DNA of 64,000 nucleotides from an uncultured Pseudomonadota bacterium (GTDB lineage Bacteria; Pseudomonadota; Alphaproteobacteria; RF32; CAG-239): NCBI GenBank assembly GCA_949292335.1, contig CASEYY010000021.1, positions 2,455 to 66,454 of the forward strand, read 5' to 3'. Shown piece by piece: positions 29,995 to 38,584 of this stretch (position 1 is its first letter; each line of letters starts with the position of its first letter). The notes under the pieces were generated by a model. It saw only the letters and a program-made list of their open reading frames with translations, ran no database searches and was not told where the DNA came from. The position numbers and the translations under genes were made by a program.

Positions 29995-30984
29995 ATGAGA
30001 CTAATAAAAAAAGAACGTAAGCCTGATGGTCGCAGAAATATTTATATTTTAGGAAAGAGGATAATAAGCTACAAAACAAAAAAGAAGACAAGTGTAGCTT
30101 ATTTATATGAGCAAAGATTTAACGAAAATTTTTCTACAGAAGATAAATTGACCATACTTGAAACATTTCTGGGGGATCATGTAGGGTATAAACCCAATAT
30201 ATTACATCCGCGTACATTTAATGAAAAAATACAATGGTGTAAATTATTTGATAAGAATCCGCTTAGAACCATTTGTTCTGACAAATATTTGGTTCGAGAT
30301 TATGTTGCTGAGAAGATAGGTGAAAAATATCTTGTACCATTACTTGGAGTCTATGATAGTCCAGAGGAAATAGATTTTGACAAATTGCCAAATCAGTTCG
30401 CGATGAAGATAAATTGGGGTTCAGGCCAGAACATTATAGTAAAGGATAAAAAACAATTAGACATAGCGGCCGCCAAGAAGCAATTATCAGAATGGATGAA
30501 ACCACATTCGAATCTTTATTATAAATTTTTAGAATATGATTACAAAAATATTGTCCCCAAGATAGTTATAGAAAAATATCTGGAGACGGTTGATAAGTCA
30601 GCATTGGACTACAAATTTTTATGTTTCGGCGGTAAACCATATTTTTGCTGGGTAAGCAATAAATATAAGGAAGTGCAAGAGCGTAGTTTTTATGATATGG
30701 ACTGGAATATGCTTGACCTCGAATTAGTTGAGGAACACAAGGTAAAAGCAAAAGAACCGCTTCCCAAGCCTGATAATTTTGATGAGATGGTCAAATTGGC
30801 AGAAAAATTATGCCAAGATTTTGCTCATGTTAGGGTTGATTTATACAATTTGCCTGGCGGTGAAATAAAATTCGGAGAGCTGACATTGAATTCAGCTTCT
30901 GGCTTTAGTCCATGGTCGCCTGAATCGTTTGATTTTAAAATGGGTGAATTATTTGATATTAGTAAGATCAAAAAGGTAATATAA
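29995..30984 (+). CDS. TupA-like ATP-grasp amidoligase
   Basis: HPRTFNEKIQWCKL...YLVRDYV...DYKFLCFGGKPYFCWV...RVDLY...GELT pattern of the ATPgrasp_TupA family. GGAGA RBS. Confidence 0.8.
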   Translation: MRLIKKERKPDGRRNIYILGKRIISYKTKKKTSVAYLYEQRFNENFSTEDKLTILETFLGDHVGYKPNILHPRTFNEKIQWCKLFDKNPLRTICSDKYLVRDYVAEKIGEKYLVPLLGVYDSPEEIDFDKLPNQFAMKINWGSGQNIIVKDKKQLDIAAAKKQLSEWMKPHSNLYYKFLEYDYKNIVPKIVIEKYLETVDKSALDYKFLCFGGKPYFCWVSNKYKEVQERSFYDMDWNMLDLELVEEHKVKAKEPLPKPDNFDEMVKLAEKLCQDFAHVRVDLYNLPGGEIKFGELTLNSASGFSPWSPESFDFKMGELFDISKIKKVI

Positions 30985-30985
30985 A

Positions 30986-32770
30986 ATGCATAACAATTTT
31001 GTAAAAAGTTACATTAATAAAATAAAACCATACAATGTTTGTTCTCATAAAATATGGACACTAAGTGATGATGAGAAGAAGAAATCGCTTAAACTGGATT
31101 GGAATGAAGCGACGATTCCGCCTTCGCCTTATGTGGAAAAAGCAGTAAAGGAGCTTGTTGACAAAGCAGATTTTTATAATCTTTATCCGTCCTGTGAGAA
31201 CAAAAAATTATTAGAAAAACTGTCTGAATACCTAGATATTCCGACCGAAAACATACAATATTTTTCATCATCAGATAGTCTGCACGAATATATAGCCAGA
31301 ACATATTTGGGCGTCGGAGACAATGTCGTAATACAAGGTCCCTCGTATGATAATTTTCGTTTAACCGCGGAGACCAGCGGAGCACATATAATTTTCAGTG
31401 AAGTAGATGATGATTTTAAATTCAATGCCCAAAAGTTCGAAGCAGACATAAAGAAAAGTAATCCGAAATTGGTATATATAGTTAATCCCAATAATCCGGT
31501 AGGTTACTGTCATAGCAAGAAGTATATTGAGCATTTAGTGTCAAAATTTCCCAAGATATTATTTTTGCTAGACGAGGCATATGCAGAATTCTCCGGTGTT
31601 ACATGTAAGGAGTTAGTATTAAAATATCGGAACATATTAATTACCCGCACCATGTCAAAAGCATTTGCATTGGCCAATTTCCGTATTGGGTACTTAATTT
31701 CATCAAAAGATAACATACAAGCTATTTCTAAGATAAGAAATCCCAAAAACATAACGACCATAAATCAAACAGCGGCAATAGCGGCATTATCGGATATAGC
31801 CTATATGCAATCATATGTGTCAGAGGTTAAAAAAGCAAAGGCGGCATTTATATCAGGTTTAAAAAAATATCAAAAAGATATAACCGTTTATCCAAGTGAA
31901 TCCAATTTTTTGATAATGAAATTTAACAGTGAACTAAAAAAGCAAGATATGTATCGTTGGCTAGATAAACACAACATATATGTTCGTATGCTCAGCCAAA
32001 GTCCCAAAGTTTATAACTGTTTGCGTATAACAATAGGTACAACCGAGCAAATGCAAAAAGTTTTAGATATTATAGGGAGTTATTTTGAACAATTTGATAA
32101 TGAAAAAGTTGCACTATTTGATTTTTGCGATACTTGCATAAGTTTTCAAACGGCAGAGGCATATATAAAGTATGTAAGGAAATCCACCAAAAATCGCAAA
32201 ATGAAACTTAAAGAAAAACTTCGTAAGGTTTTGTATAAGTATGGGATAACAAGATTTTTAGAAAAACATACACACAAAACAGTAAACAAATTACTCAATA
32301 TCTGGCAATTAAAAGGATTTAGTAAAGCGGAGTTAGAGGGTCTTGCCGCAAAGTTTTATGAGGATAAATTAAAACCAGGTTTTGTAAAAGAAACCATAGA
32401 TGAAATGCTCAAATTAAAACGACAGGGATATAAAATCTATATTGTAAGCGGAGGCTATGATATATATATCAAGGAGTTTATTAAAGATTTTGACCTTGAT
32501 GGTTTCTTTTCAACAAAAATTGCTTTTAAAAATGGTATTGCAACGGGCGGTTTTGACGGATTAGATTGTATGAATGAAAATAAAATCAAGCTAATGCTAG
32601 AGTTTTTTCATCACGATCTGAAAAAAATTGACTCTATTGCATATTCTGACAGCATAACAGATTTACCATTATTACAATTTTGCAATAAGGCAGTTGTTAT
32701 CAGTCAAAATGTATCAAAAGACTGGGCCGCTAAGTACGGATTTCGAGAGATTATATACAAGCAAAACTAA
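30986..32770 (+). CDS. fusion protein: HisC/CobD-like class I/II PLP enzyme (about aa 1-365) + HAD-IB phosphatase-like domain (about aa 366-594)
   Basis: N-terminal part: LKLDWNEATIPPSP...NPNNPVGY...TMSKAFALANFRIGY (PLP Lys). C-terminal part: ALFDFCDTC...IVSGGYD...AYSDSITDLPLL (HAD-IB pattern). Confidence 0.8.
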   Translation: MHNNFVKSYINKIKPYNVCSHKIWTLSDDEKKKSLKLDWNEATIPPSPYVEKAVKELVDKADFYNLYPSCENKKLLEKLSEYLDIPTENIQYFSSSDSLHEYIARTYLGVGDNVVIQGPSYDNFRLTAETSGAHIIFSEVDDDFKFNAQKFEADIKKSNPKLVYIVNPNNPVGYCHSKKYIEHLVSKFPKILFLLDEAYAEFSGVTCKELVLKYRNILITRTMSKAFALANFRIGYLISSKDNIQAISKIRNPKNITTINQTAAIAALSDIAYMQSYVSEVKKAKAAFISGLKKYQKDITVYPSESNFLIMKFNSELKKQDMYRWLDKHNIYVRMLSQSPKVYNCLRITIGTTEQMQKVLDIIGSYFEQFDNEKVALFDFCDTCISFQTAEAYIKYVRKSTKNRKMKLKEKLRKVLYKYGITRFLEKHTHKTVNKLLNIWQLKGFSKAELEGLAAKFYEDKLKPGFVKETIDEMLKLKRQGYKIYIVSGGYDIYIKEFIKDFDLDGFFSTKIAFKNGIATGGFDGLDCMNENKIKLMLEFFHHDLKKIDSIAYSDSITDLPLLQFCNKAVVISQNVSKDWAAKYGFREIIYKQN

Positions 32771-32778
32771 TAACAAAT

Positions 32779-32802
32779 AAAGCACGGAATATTCCGTGCT
32801 TT
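32779..32802. terminator. bidirectional terminator between convergent genes
   Basis: aaagcacggaa / ttccgtgcttt, flanked by A- and T-rich runs. Confidence 0.7.
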
Positions 32803-32809
32803 ATTCATT

Positions 32810-33991
32810 CTACTCAAGATTTTCCAAAACATCTTTTGTGGCTTGTAGGTATGCATAACCAGTTTTATGGTCAGGTTCAAGATGTGCTCCCTCCGCCCAT
32901 TCGTTCCATGCGTTGATGAAAATAAATTGTTCGTCTTTTGAATTATTCATTTTTGTATCGTAAATTGTATCTTCCAGCCACTTTTTATAATCATTTATGG
33001 ATGTTTGCATTAAAAAACATCCGGTGTGGCATTTTCTTGGGGAGTTATCCCAAGAAGGAAATAATCCCTTAAATTTGGCATTGGTCTTATATATTTTTTC
33101 GTTTATAATTTTATTCATATCTATAACCATACCTTGGAATTTTTTATCATATATATCGGTTTTTATTTGATAATCTTCAATTTGTTTACCTTTACCAAAA
33201 ATTAATCCGTGAGGAGGAAATTCCATGGTCGCATCAAATCCTAATTCTTCGGCTTTTTTCGCCAAAGAAGCATCATATTCCCAAGAGTTTGTGGTAAGCA
33301 GATAAACTCCATCAAATCCGTGTTTTTTTGCCGTTTCATTCATAAAGACAATAAATCTTTTTAATACATCTTCATTTAATGTATGTGTCTTATATATTAT
33401 GAGCAAAGGCTTGTTATTAATTTTTATATATCTTTCATCTGAAAAGAACGGAAGTATATCATCAAAGAATCCCTGAAAATCATTATCATTAAGATCCTGT
33501 TTTATAAATACTTCTTTATCTCCGCCATCCCACAATTTTGACCAATTTTCGTTAGCCCAACAAAGACAAAACGGAAGTTCCAAATCTTTGTTATGTAAAA
33601 AGTTCATAATTGGTTTTTCCAACACGCGTCTTCCCGAAAACCAGTAATAGTGAAAACAAAAGCCGTATATTCCGTATTTTTTTGCTAGTTCTACTTGTCT
33701 ATACATGACATCGACATGAGACAAGTCATAAAAACCAACATCAATAGGAAGTTGGGGCTGTCTATGTCCATTACACAGAGAGGTTGCTTTGGCAACATTT
33801 AACCAATCAGTAAAACCTTTACCATGTATATCATCATTTTCTTTTATTGAGTGATATTGAGGTAAATAGAAAGCAATCAATTTAGGATCATTTTCTTTAC
33901 GAATATATGGAGACTGAGAGATTTCAACATATTGAACCTCATCAGATATTGGTTTATCTATATTTTTTTTAAAAAATTTTTTCAGTTTCAT
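32810..33991 (-). CDS. WbsX-family (GH99-like) polysaccharide biosynthesis protein, paralogue of 24566..25909
   Basis: GKGFTDWLNV...GFYDLSHVDVMYRQVELAKKYGIYGFCFHYYWF...NAWNEWAEGAHLEPD. Confidence 0.8.
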   Translation of the reverse strand: MKLKKFFKKNIDKPISDEVQYVEISQSPYIRKENDPKLIAFYLPQYHSIKENDDIHGKGFTDWLNVAKATSLCNGHRQPQLPIDVGFYDLSHVDVMYRQVELAKKYGIYGFCFHYYWFSGRRVLEKPIMNFLHNKDLELPFCLCWANENWSKLWDGGDKEVFIKQDLNDNDFQGFFDDILPFFSDERYIKINNKPLLIIYKTHTLNEDVLKRFIVFMNETAKKHGFDGVYLLTTNSWEYDASLAKKAEELGFDATMEFPPHGLIFGKGKQIEDYQIKTDIYDKKFQGMVIDMNKIINEKIYKTNAKFKGLFPSWDNSPRKCHTGCFLMQTSINDYKKWLEDTIYDTKMNNSKDEQFIFINAWNEWAEGAHLEPDHKTGYAYLQATKDVLENLE

Positions 33992-33994
33992 TTT

Positions 33995-34948
33995 TTACAT
34001 CTTAACCTTAAAAGTAAAACCCAAGATATTTATATATTTTCTTTTGCGGTCGGTAGAGGTTTCGATAGAGAAAATCCGTTTGATTAGTGGGAGTTTTTCT
34101 CTTCCTTTACCGGCGGCTTTAAGTCCGATTTCTTTTTGCAAAGCATCATAAGCCGGAACCATTGCGGCATATTGCCTAAATTCCGGAGTAAATTTGTTTT
34201 TACAAGCCGGATTATTAGGCTTCACACCGGTAAAATGGACAATCACCGGATTTTCTTCGGCTTTTAGGAATTCTTTTTGATATTTTTCATCATACTGTGA
34301 AACATTTTTCCGCCACCAAACATGCATATAGTCATATTTGGGTGATAGACGATATTTAAGTCCGTCACAAGCTTTGTTTAGGGCATCTTGATCATTACTG
34401 ATTTTGCTGTCTTTCATCACAATATCTTTAAGCTTGGCAAAAAAGTCGCATTTTCTCCAAGCCTTTAGGTTAATCAGCATAACGCCGGAATTAAAATAAA
34501 AGTTATCTTCCAAAGCGATGTTTTGGGCTTTTTGTTTTGAGAGTGAGGAGTCTTCAATAACTCCGGCCAGATTATCGCCTAAATCGAGCTCAAACAATGG
34601 ATGTAACGAAGCTCTGACGATTGTGTCACAATCCAGATACAGCACTCTTTCATCATCAGGCAATAAATCAGCCAACAAACAACGAAACCATGCCTCCATG
34701 GTAACCCAGTTAGGGCAGGGAAAACCATCAAAAATTTTGGTATCGACCTTAAGTGTTTTGAGCGAGTATGGCTTTATTGATTGCAAGTTGTCAAAGGTTT
34801 GCAGATATTTGTCTTCCAAATCGGCATACATAATAACAAACTCAATCTCGTCATTTTTGCGAGCATTATTAAGTACCGAGGCCATAGAAACCAAGGTAAG
34901 CGGAACAAAGTTTTTATCCGGAGCGTAGGCGATAGTAATTTTCGACAT
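33995..34948 (-). CDS. GT8 family glycosyltransferase
   Basis: ITIAYAPDKNF...VLYLDCDTIV...NSGVMLINL...DQDALN...HFTG. Confidence 0.85.
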   Translation of the reverse strand: MSKITIAYAPDKNFVPLTLVSMASVLNNARKNDEIEFVIMYADLEDKYLQTFDNLQSIKPYSLKTLKVDTKIFDGFPCPNWVTMEAWFRCLLADLLPDDERVLYLDCDTIVRASLHPLFELDLGDNLAGVIEDSSLSKQKAQNIALEDNFYFNSGVMLINLKAWRKCDFFAKLKDIVMKDSKISNDQDALNKACDGLKYRLSPKYDYMHVWWRKNVSQYDEKYQKEFLKAEENPVIVHFTGVKPNNPACKNKFTPEFRQYAAMVPAYDALQKEIGLKAAGKGREKLPLIKRIFSIETSTDRKRKYINILGFTFKVKM

Positions 34949-34951
34949 TTT

Positions 34952-35902
34952 TTAATCCTTTAATTTTTCCAATATTTGCGGATAAGCGGCAATAACCGCG
35001 GCCATTTGTTTGTTATTTCCATCCTGTTCAATGTTTAGCTTGGTAAGGGTGAGTTCTTCGGTTGTCCGCATTTCGCGTTCGGGGTTAACCAGGAGTACCT
35101 TACGCATACGTCCCCAAAAAGTTCTGATTTTAACATTATTTAGGACACTCATTGCCCAAAACCAGATATCATCGGCATAAGGTGCGAGCTCTTTGAATTT
35201 TTTTACATCGGCTACATCTCGATATAACGAATGCGGCGGATATAAGACCCCACCGCAACCGGTCAAAAAGTTTCTAAAAGACGGTTTGGTGAGGGTAGAG
35301 TTTTTCTTCCATTGTTTATAGGGTTTAGGATATCCGTTTTTATCCAAGGTTACTTGATGACAACGATGTCCGATAACGCAGTTTGGAGTTTTAAGGTGTT
35401 GCTTATAAAGTTTTTCCAGCCAATTTTCCGGATAGTATACATCATCATCCACAATGACGATAATATCATTGGGGAATTCTTGCAGTGCCGGGATTAATTT
35501 TTTGTACGAACGCAAATCATGGCACCATTTAATCGTCAGCCCGTTTTTTTGCAAATTAAGCACTGCCGGCGGCAAATCTTGCTCTTTATTGGGAAATTGC
35601 TCTTCTGCCAACCACAAGACCACTTCATCGGGCTTAAAACTTTGAGTCAGCAGCGAATAAAGGGTGTAATGAATCTCATAAATTCTTTCCGGAAAAGATG
35701 TCAACGATACAATAATTTTGGTCGGTCTTTTGTCGGCATTGATTCCGATGGCGTCAAAATTGATAATTTTTTGTAATACTTTATTTCTATCAATATGCGG
35801 CGGCATTTTCGGCTTTTTATTATAAGAAAAAGTGTGCCCCAAGATGGTAATTTCGCGTAAATTACCTTTTTTGCTGCGTTTATATAATATCATTAAAAAC
35901 AC
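34952..35902 (-). CDS. putative glycosyltransferase (GT-A-like)
   Basis: IIVSLTSFPERI...SLLTQSFKPDEVVLWL...IIVIVDDDVYYP. I have seen this pattern in capsule/LOS transferases. The family assignment is tentative. Confidence 0.6.
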   Translation of the reverse strand: MFLMILYKRSKKGNLREITILGHTFSYNKKPKMPPHIDRNKVLQKIINFDAIGINADKRPTKIIVSLTSFPERIYEIHYTLYSLLTQSFKPDEVVLWLAEEQFPNKEQDLPPAVLNLQKNGLTIKWCHDLRSYKKLIPALQEFPNDIIVIVDDDVYYPENWLEKLYKQHLKTPNCVIGHRCHQVTLDKNGYPKPYKQWKKNSTLTKPSFRNFLTGCGGVLYPPHSLYRDVADVKKFKELAPYADDIWFWAMSVLNNVKIRTFWGRMRKVLLVNPEREMRTTEELTLTKLNIEQDGNNKQMAAVIAAYPQILEKLKD

Positions 35903-36023
35903 CCCGAAGTTAAAAATCTAGACTAGTATTGCCAAATATTTTTCTTAAATCAAGTTTAATATTTAACTTGTAAAATAATATTTGAGCTTGTTATAATCAA
36001 GTAGCAAGTATAGTGGAGGAATC

Positions 36024-36410
36024 ATGAGCGGATTTGAAAACAAAAAATCGATTTTAAATAAGTTGAAGAGCATTGTTGCCAAGACCAAAAGGCGGTTTTC
36101 CTGGCACGGTAAGGTAAAAGACGAAAATGTATCAGCTTTTGCCGCCGCCGATATTCAAGACGAAGCCTATCGCCATATCAAGAATCTTCGCCACAATACC
36201 TATACTCCGCCTTATTTGGAGCTTGCCGCTCAGCTTTTAGCCGATGAAGAGCAAATATTTAAGGCGGCAGCCAATCATTTAACTCTGATAGCCAAATCGC
36301 GTAAGAGATATGCTCCACAGATTAGAGAAGTATTTAACGAGGTTATTTCCGGTCGTAAATTGTCCGCCGAAAAGTTGGAATATATTTCACACAAGCTTGA
36401 AGAGATTTAG
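36024..36410 (+). CDS. hypothetical protein, 128 aa
   Basis: GGAGG RBS 5 nt upstream of the ATG. Helical and basic, with no recognisable domain. Its 3' end overlaps the recG stop by 4 nt (convergent). Confidence 0.55.
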   Translation: MSGFENKKSILNKLKSIVAKTKRRFSWHGKVKDENVSAFAAADIQDEAYRHIKNLRHNTYTPPYLELAAQLLADEEQIFKAAANHLTLIAKSRKRYAPQIREVFNEVISGRKLSAEKLEYISHKLEEI

Positions 36411-38488
36411 GCTTTATAGGTTCTCACGCTATCATCTTTTTCAAACAAATAAAGCAAAACCCGCAAAGCCTGCCCGCGAGGAGATTGCAGATTAGGGTCT
36501 TTGTTTATTACAAGCTTGGCATCTTGATTAGCGATAACCAAAAGATTTTTGTGATATTCCATATCGGCGATTTTAAAATTAGCAAATCCGCTTTGTTTAG
36601 TTCCCAAAATCTCTCCGCCGCCGCGTAATTCCAAATCTTTTTCGGCTATAATAAAGCCGTCCTCGGTTTGCTTCATGATATTTAGTCTTTCTCTGGCTGT
36701 TTCACTCAACGGGTAGGAGTAAAGCAGCAGGCAGGTCGCCGGATTAATGCCGCGTTTTACCCGTCCGCGTAACTGGTGGAGTTGTGATAGGCCAAATCTT
36801 TCGGCATGTTCAATCACCATAATGGTTGCTTCCGGCACATTAACCCCAACCTCGATTACGGTTGTTGCCACCAATAGTTTGAGTTCTCCGTTCTTAAATT
36901 TTTCCATCACGGCATCTTTTTCTTTCTCTTTCATTTTGCCGTGTACCAAGCCGACTTTGTCGCCGAATATTTTTTGCAAATCGGCAAATCTGGCTTCGGC
37001 AGCGGCCAAGTCGGATTTTTCGGATTCCTCAACCAAGGGGCAAACCCAGTAGGCTCGAGTACCTTCATCTATTTTCCGTTTAAGTGCAGCTACGGTTTCG
37101 CTAAGTTTTGTAACCGGCAAAACTCTGGTATCAACCGGCTTGCGTCCTTCTGGCAGTTGGTCGATTTTAGAATATTCCATATCTCCGTATGCCGTCAAAA
37201 GCAAAGTTCTGGGAATAGGGGTTGCCGTCATTACCAAAACATCGGATTTATTTCCTTTATTCGATAGACTAAGTCTTTGATGAACGCCAAAGCGGTGTTG
37301 TTCATCAACCACGGCTAAGCCTAAATTTTTGTAGGTAACATCATCTTGGAACAGGGCGTGGGTTCCGATGAGAATGTTGATTTTGCCGAGAGATAAGTCT
37401 TCTAGGATTTGCTTGCGTTCTTTGGTTTTGGTTTTTCCGGTGAGCAGTGCGGTTTTAACCCCGATGTCATCACATAAAGGTGCAATAGTTTCAAAATGTT
37501 GCTTAGCAAGGATTTCGGTCGGAGCCATAATTGCGGCCTGCATTCCGGCCTCTATGGTATTGAGCATGGCAAACAAGGCGACGATGGTTTTGCCCGAGCC
37601 GACATCGCCTTGTACCAATCGAAGCATACGAAAGGCATCAGCCTGATCGGTATAAATTTCGGCTAACACATTTTTTTGTGCATTAGTAAGGGTAAACGGA
37701 AGCTTTTCCAAAAGTTTTTTTCTAAGCAGTCCGTTTCCTTTAATTACCAATCCGGCCTGCTTACGCACTCTTTCTCTGACAATGGCCAAAGCAAGTTGAT
37801 TTGCCAGCAGTTCGTCATAAGCCAAACGGGAAATATGCTTGGAGTATGGCTCCAAATCCGATTTATATTTGGGATTATGGGCATGAGTAAGTGCAGATTT
37901 GAAATCATCCCATTCGTGTTGTTTTACAAATTTTTCATCTAACCATTCCGGAAGGTTAGGCAACAATAAAAGAGCTTGTTCCATGTATTTGTTGAGCATT
38001 TTAGTAGAAATTCCGGCGGTTAAGGGGTATATGGTCTCAAATGAAGGAATTTTGTAAGCTTCGTTTTCGGCGGCAATATAATCCGGATGGGTCATTTGCA
38101 ACCGGCCGTTAAATACATCGACTTTACCGCTGATAATACGCGTTGCTCCAAGTGGCAAATTTTTAGCGATTGAATCAGCGTAAATTTTAAAAAATATCAG
38201 GGTAATTTGTTCAGATCCGTCATCAAGAATAACCTTGTAGGGCTGATTACGCGACCTTGGCGGAATATGTTCAACCACCGTGGCTTTTATGGTACAAATT
38301 CTCCCCGGAATTGCATCTTTGAGTTTTGGGCGATAAGAACGGTCAACCACATTGCTGGGCAGGTGCAATAAGAGGTCGATTATTTTATTGCCGCCCAAAA
38401 GGTTGTTTAAGAGTTTTACGGTTTTTGTTCCTATTCCCTTAAGAGAAGATATCTCGGCAAAAACAGGATATAGTATTTCCGGACGCAT
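36407..38488 (-). CDS. recG: ATP-dependent DNA helicase RecG
   Basis: GDVGSGKT Walker A, VDEQHRFGV, and the wedge-domain N-terminus MRPEILYPVF..LKGIGTKT. ATG at 38488 preferred over the TTG at 38503. Confidence 0.93.
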   Translation of the reverse strand: MRPEILYPVFAEISSLKGIGTKTVKLLNNLLGGNKIIDLLLHLPSNVVDRSYRPKLKDAIPGRICTIKATVVEHIPPRSRNQPYKVILDDGSEQITLIFFKIYADSIAKNLPLGATRIISGKVDVFNGRLQMTHPDYIAAENEAYKIPSFETIYPLTAGISTKMLNKYMEQALLLLPNLPEWLDEKFVKQHEWDDFKSALTHAHNPKYKSDLEPYSKHISRLAYDELLANQLALAIVRERVRKQAGLVIKGNGLLRKKLLEKLPFTLTNAQKNVLAEIYTDQADAFRMLRLVQGDVGSGKTIVALFAMLNTIEAGMQAAIMAPTEILAKQHFETIAPLCDDIGVKTALLTGKTKTKERKQILEDLSLGKINILIGTHALFQDDVTYKNLGLAVVDEQHRFGVHQRLSLSNKGNKSDVLVMTATPIPRTLLLTAYGDMEYSKIDQLPEGRKPVDTRVLPVTKLSETVAALKRKIDEGTRAYWVCPLVEESEKSDLAAAEARFADLQKIFGDKVGLVHGKMKEKEKDAVMEKFKNGELKLLVATTVIEVGVNVPEATIMVIEHAERFGLSQLHQLRGRVKRGINPATCLLLYSYPLSETARERLNIMKQTEDGFIIAEKDLELRGGGEILGTKQSGFANFKIADMEYHKNLLVIANQDAKLVINKDPNLQSPRGQALRVLLYLFEKDDSVRTYKA

Positions 38489-38584
38489 TAAAGAGGTTCC
38501 CAATGGTTAAATATGACTTGCATAAACTTTTTTGTATTGTATATATAATCTAAAAGCAAGTAAACAATAAAGAAACTAAAAAAT

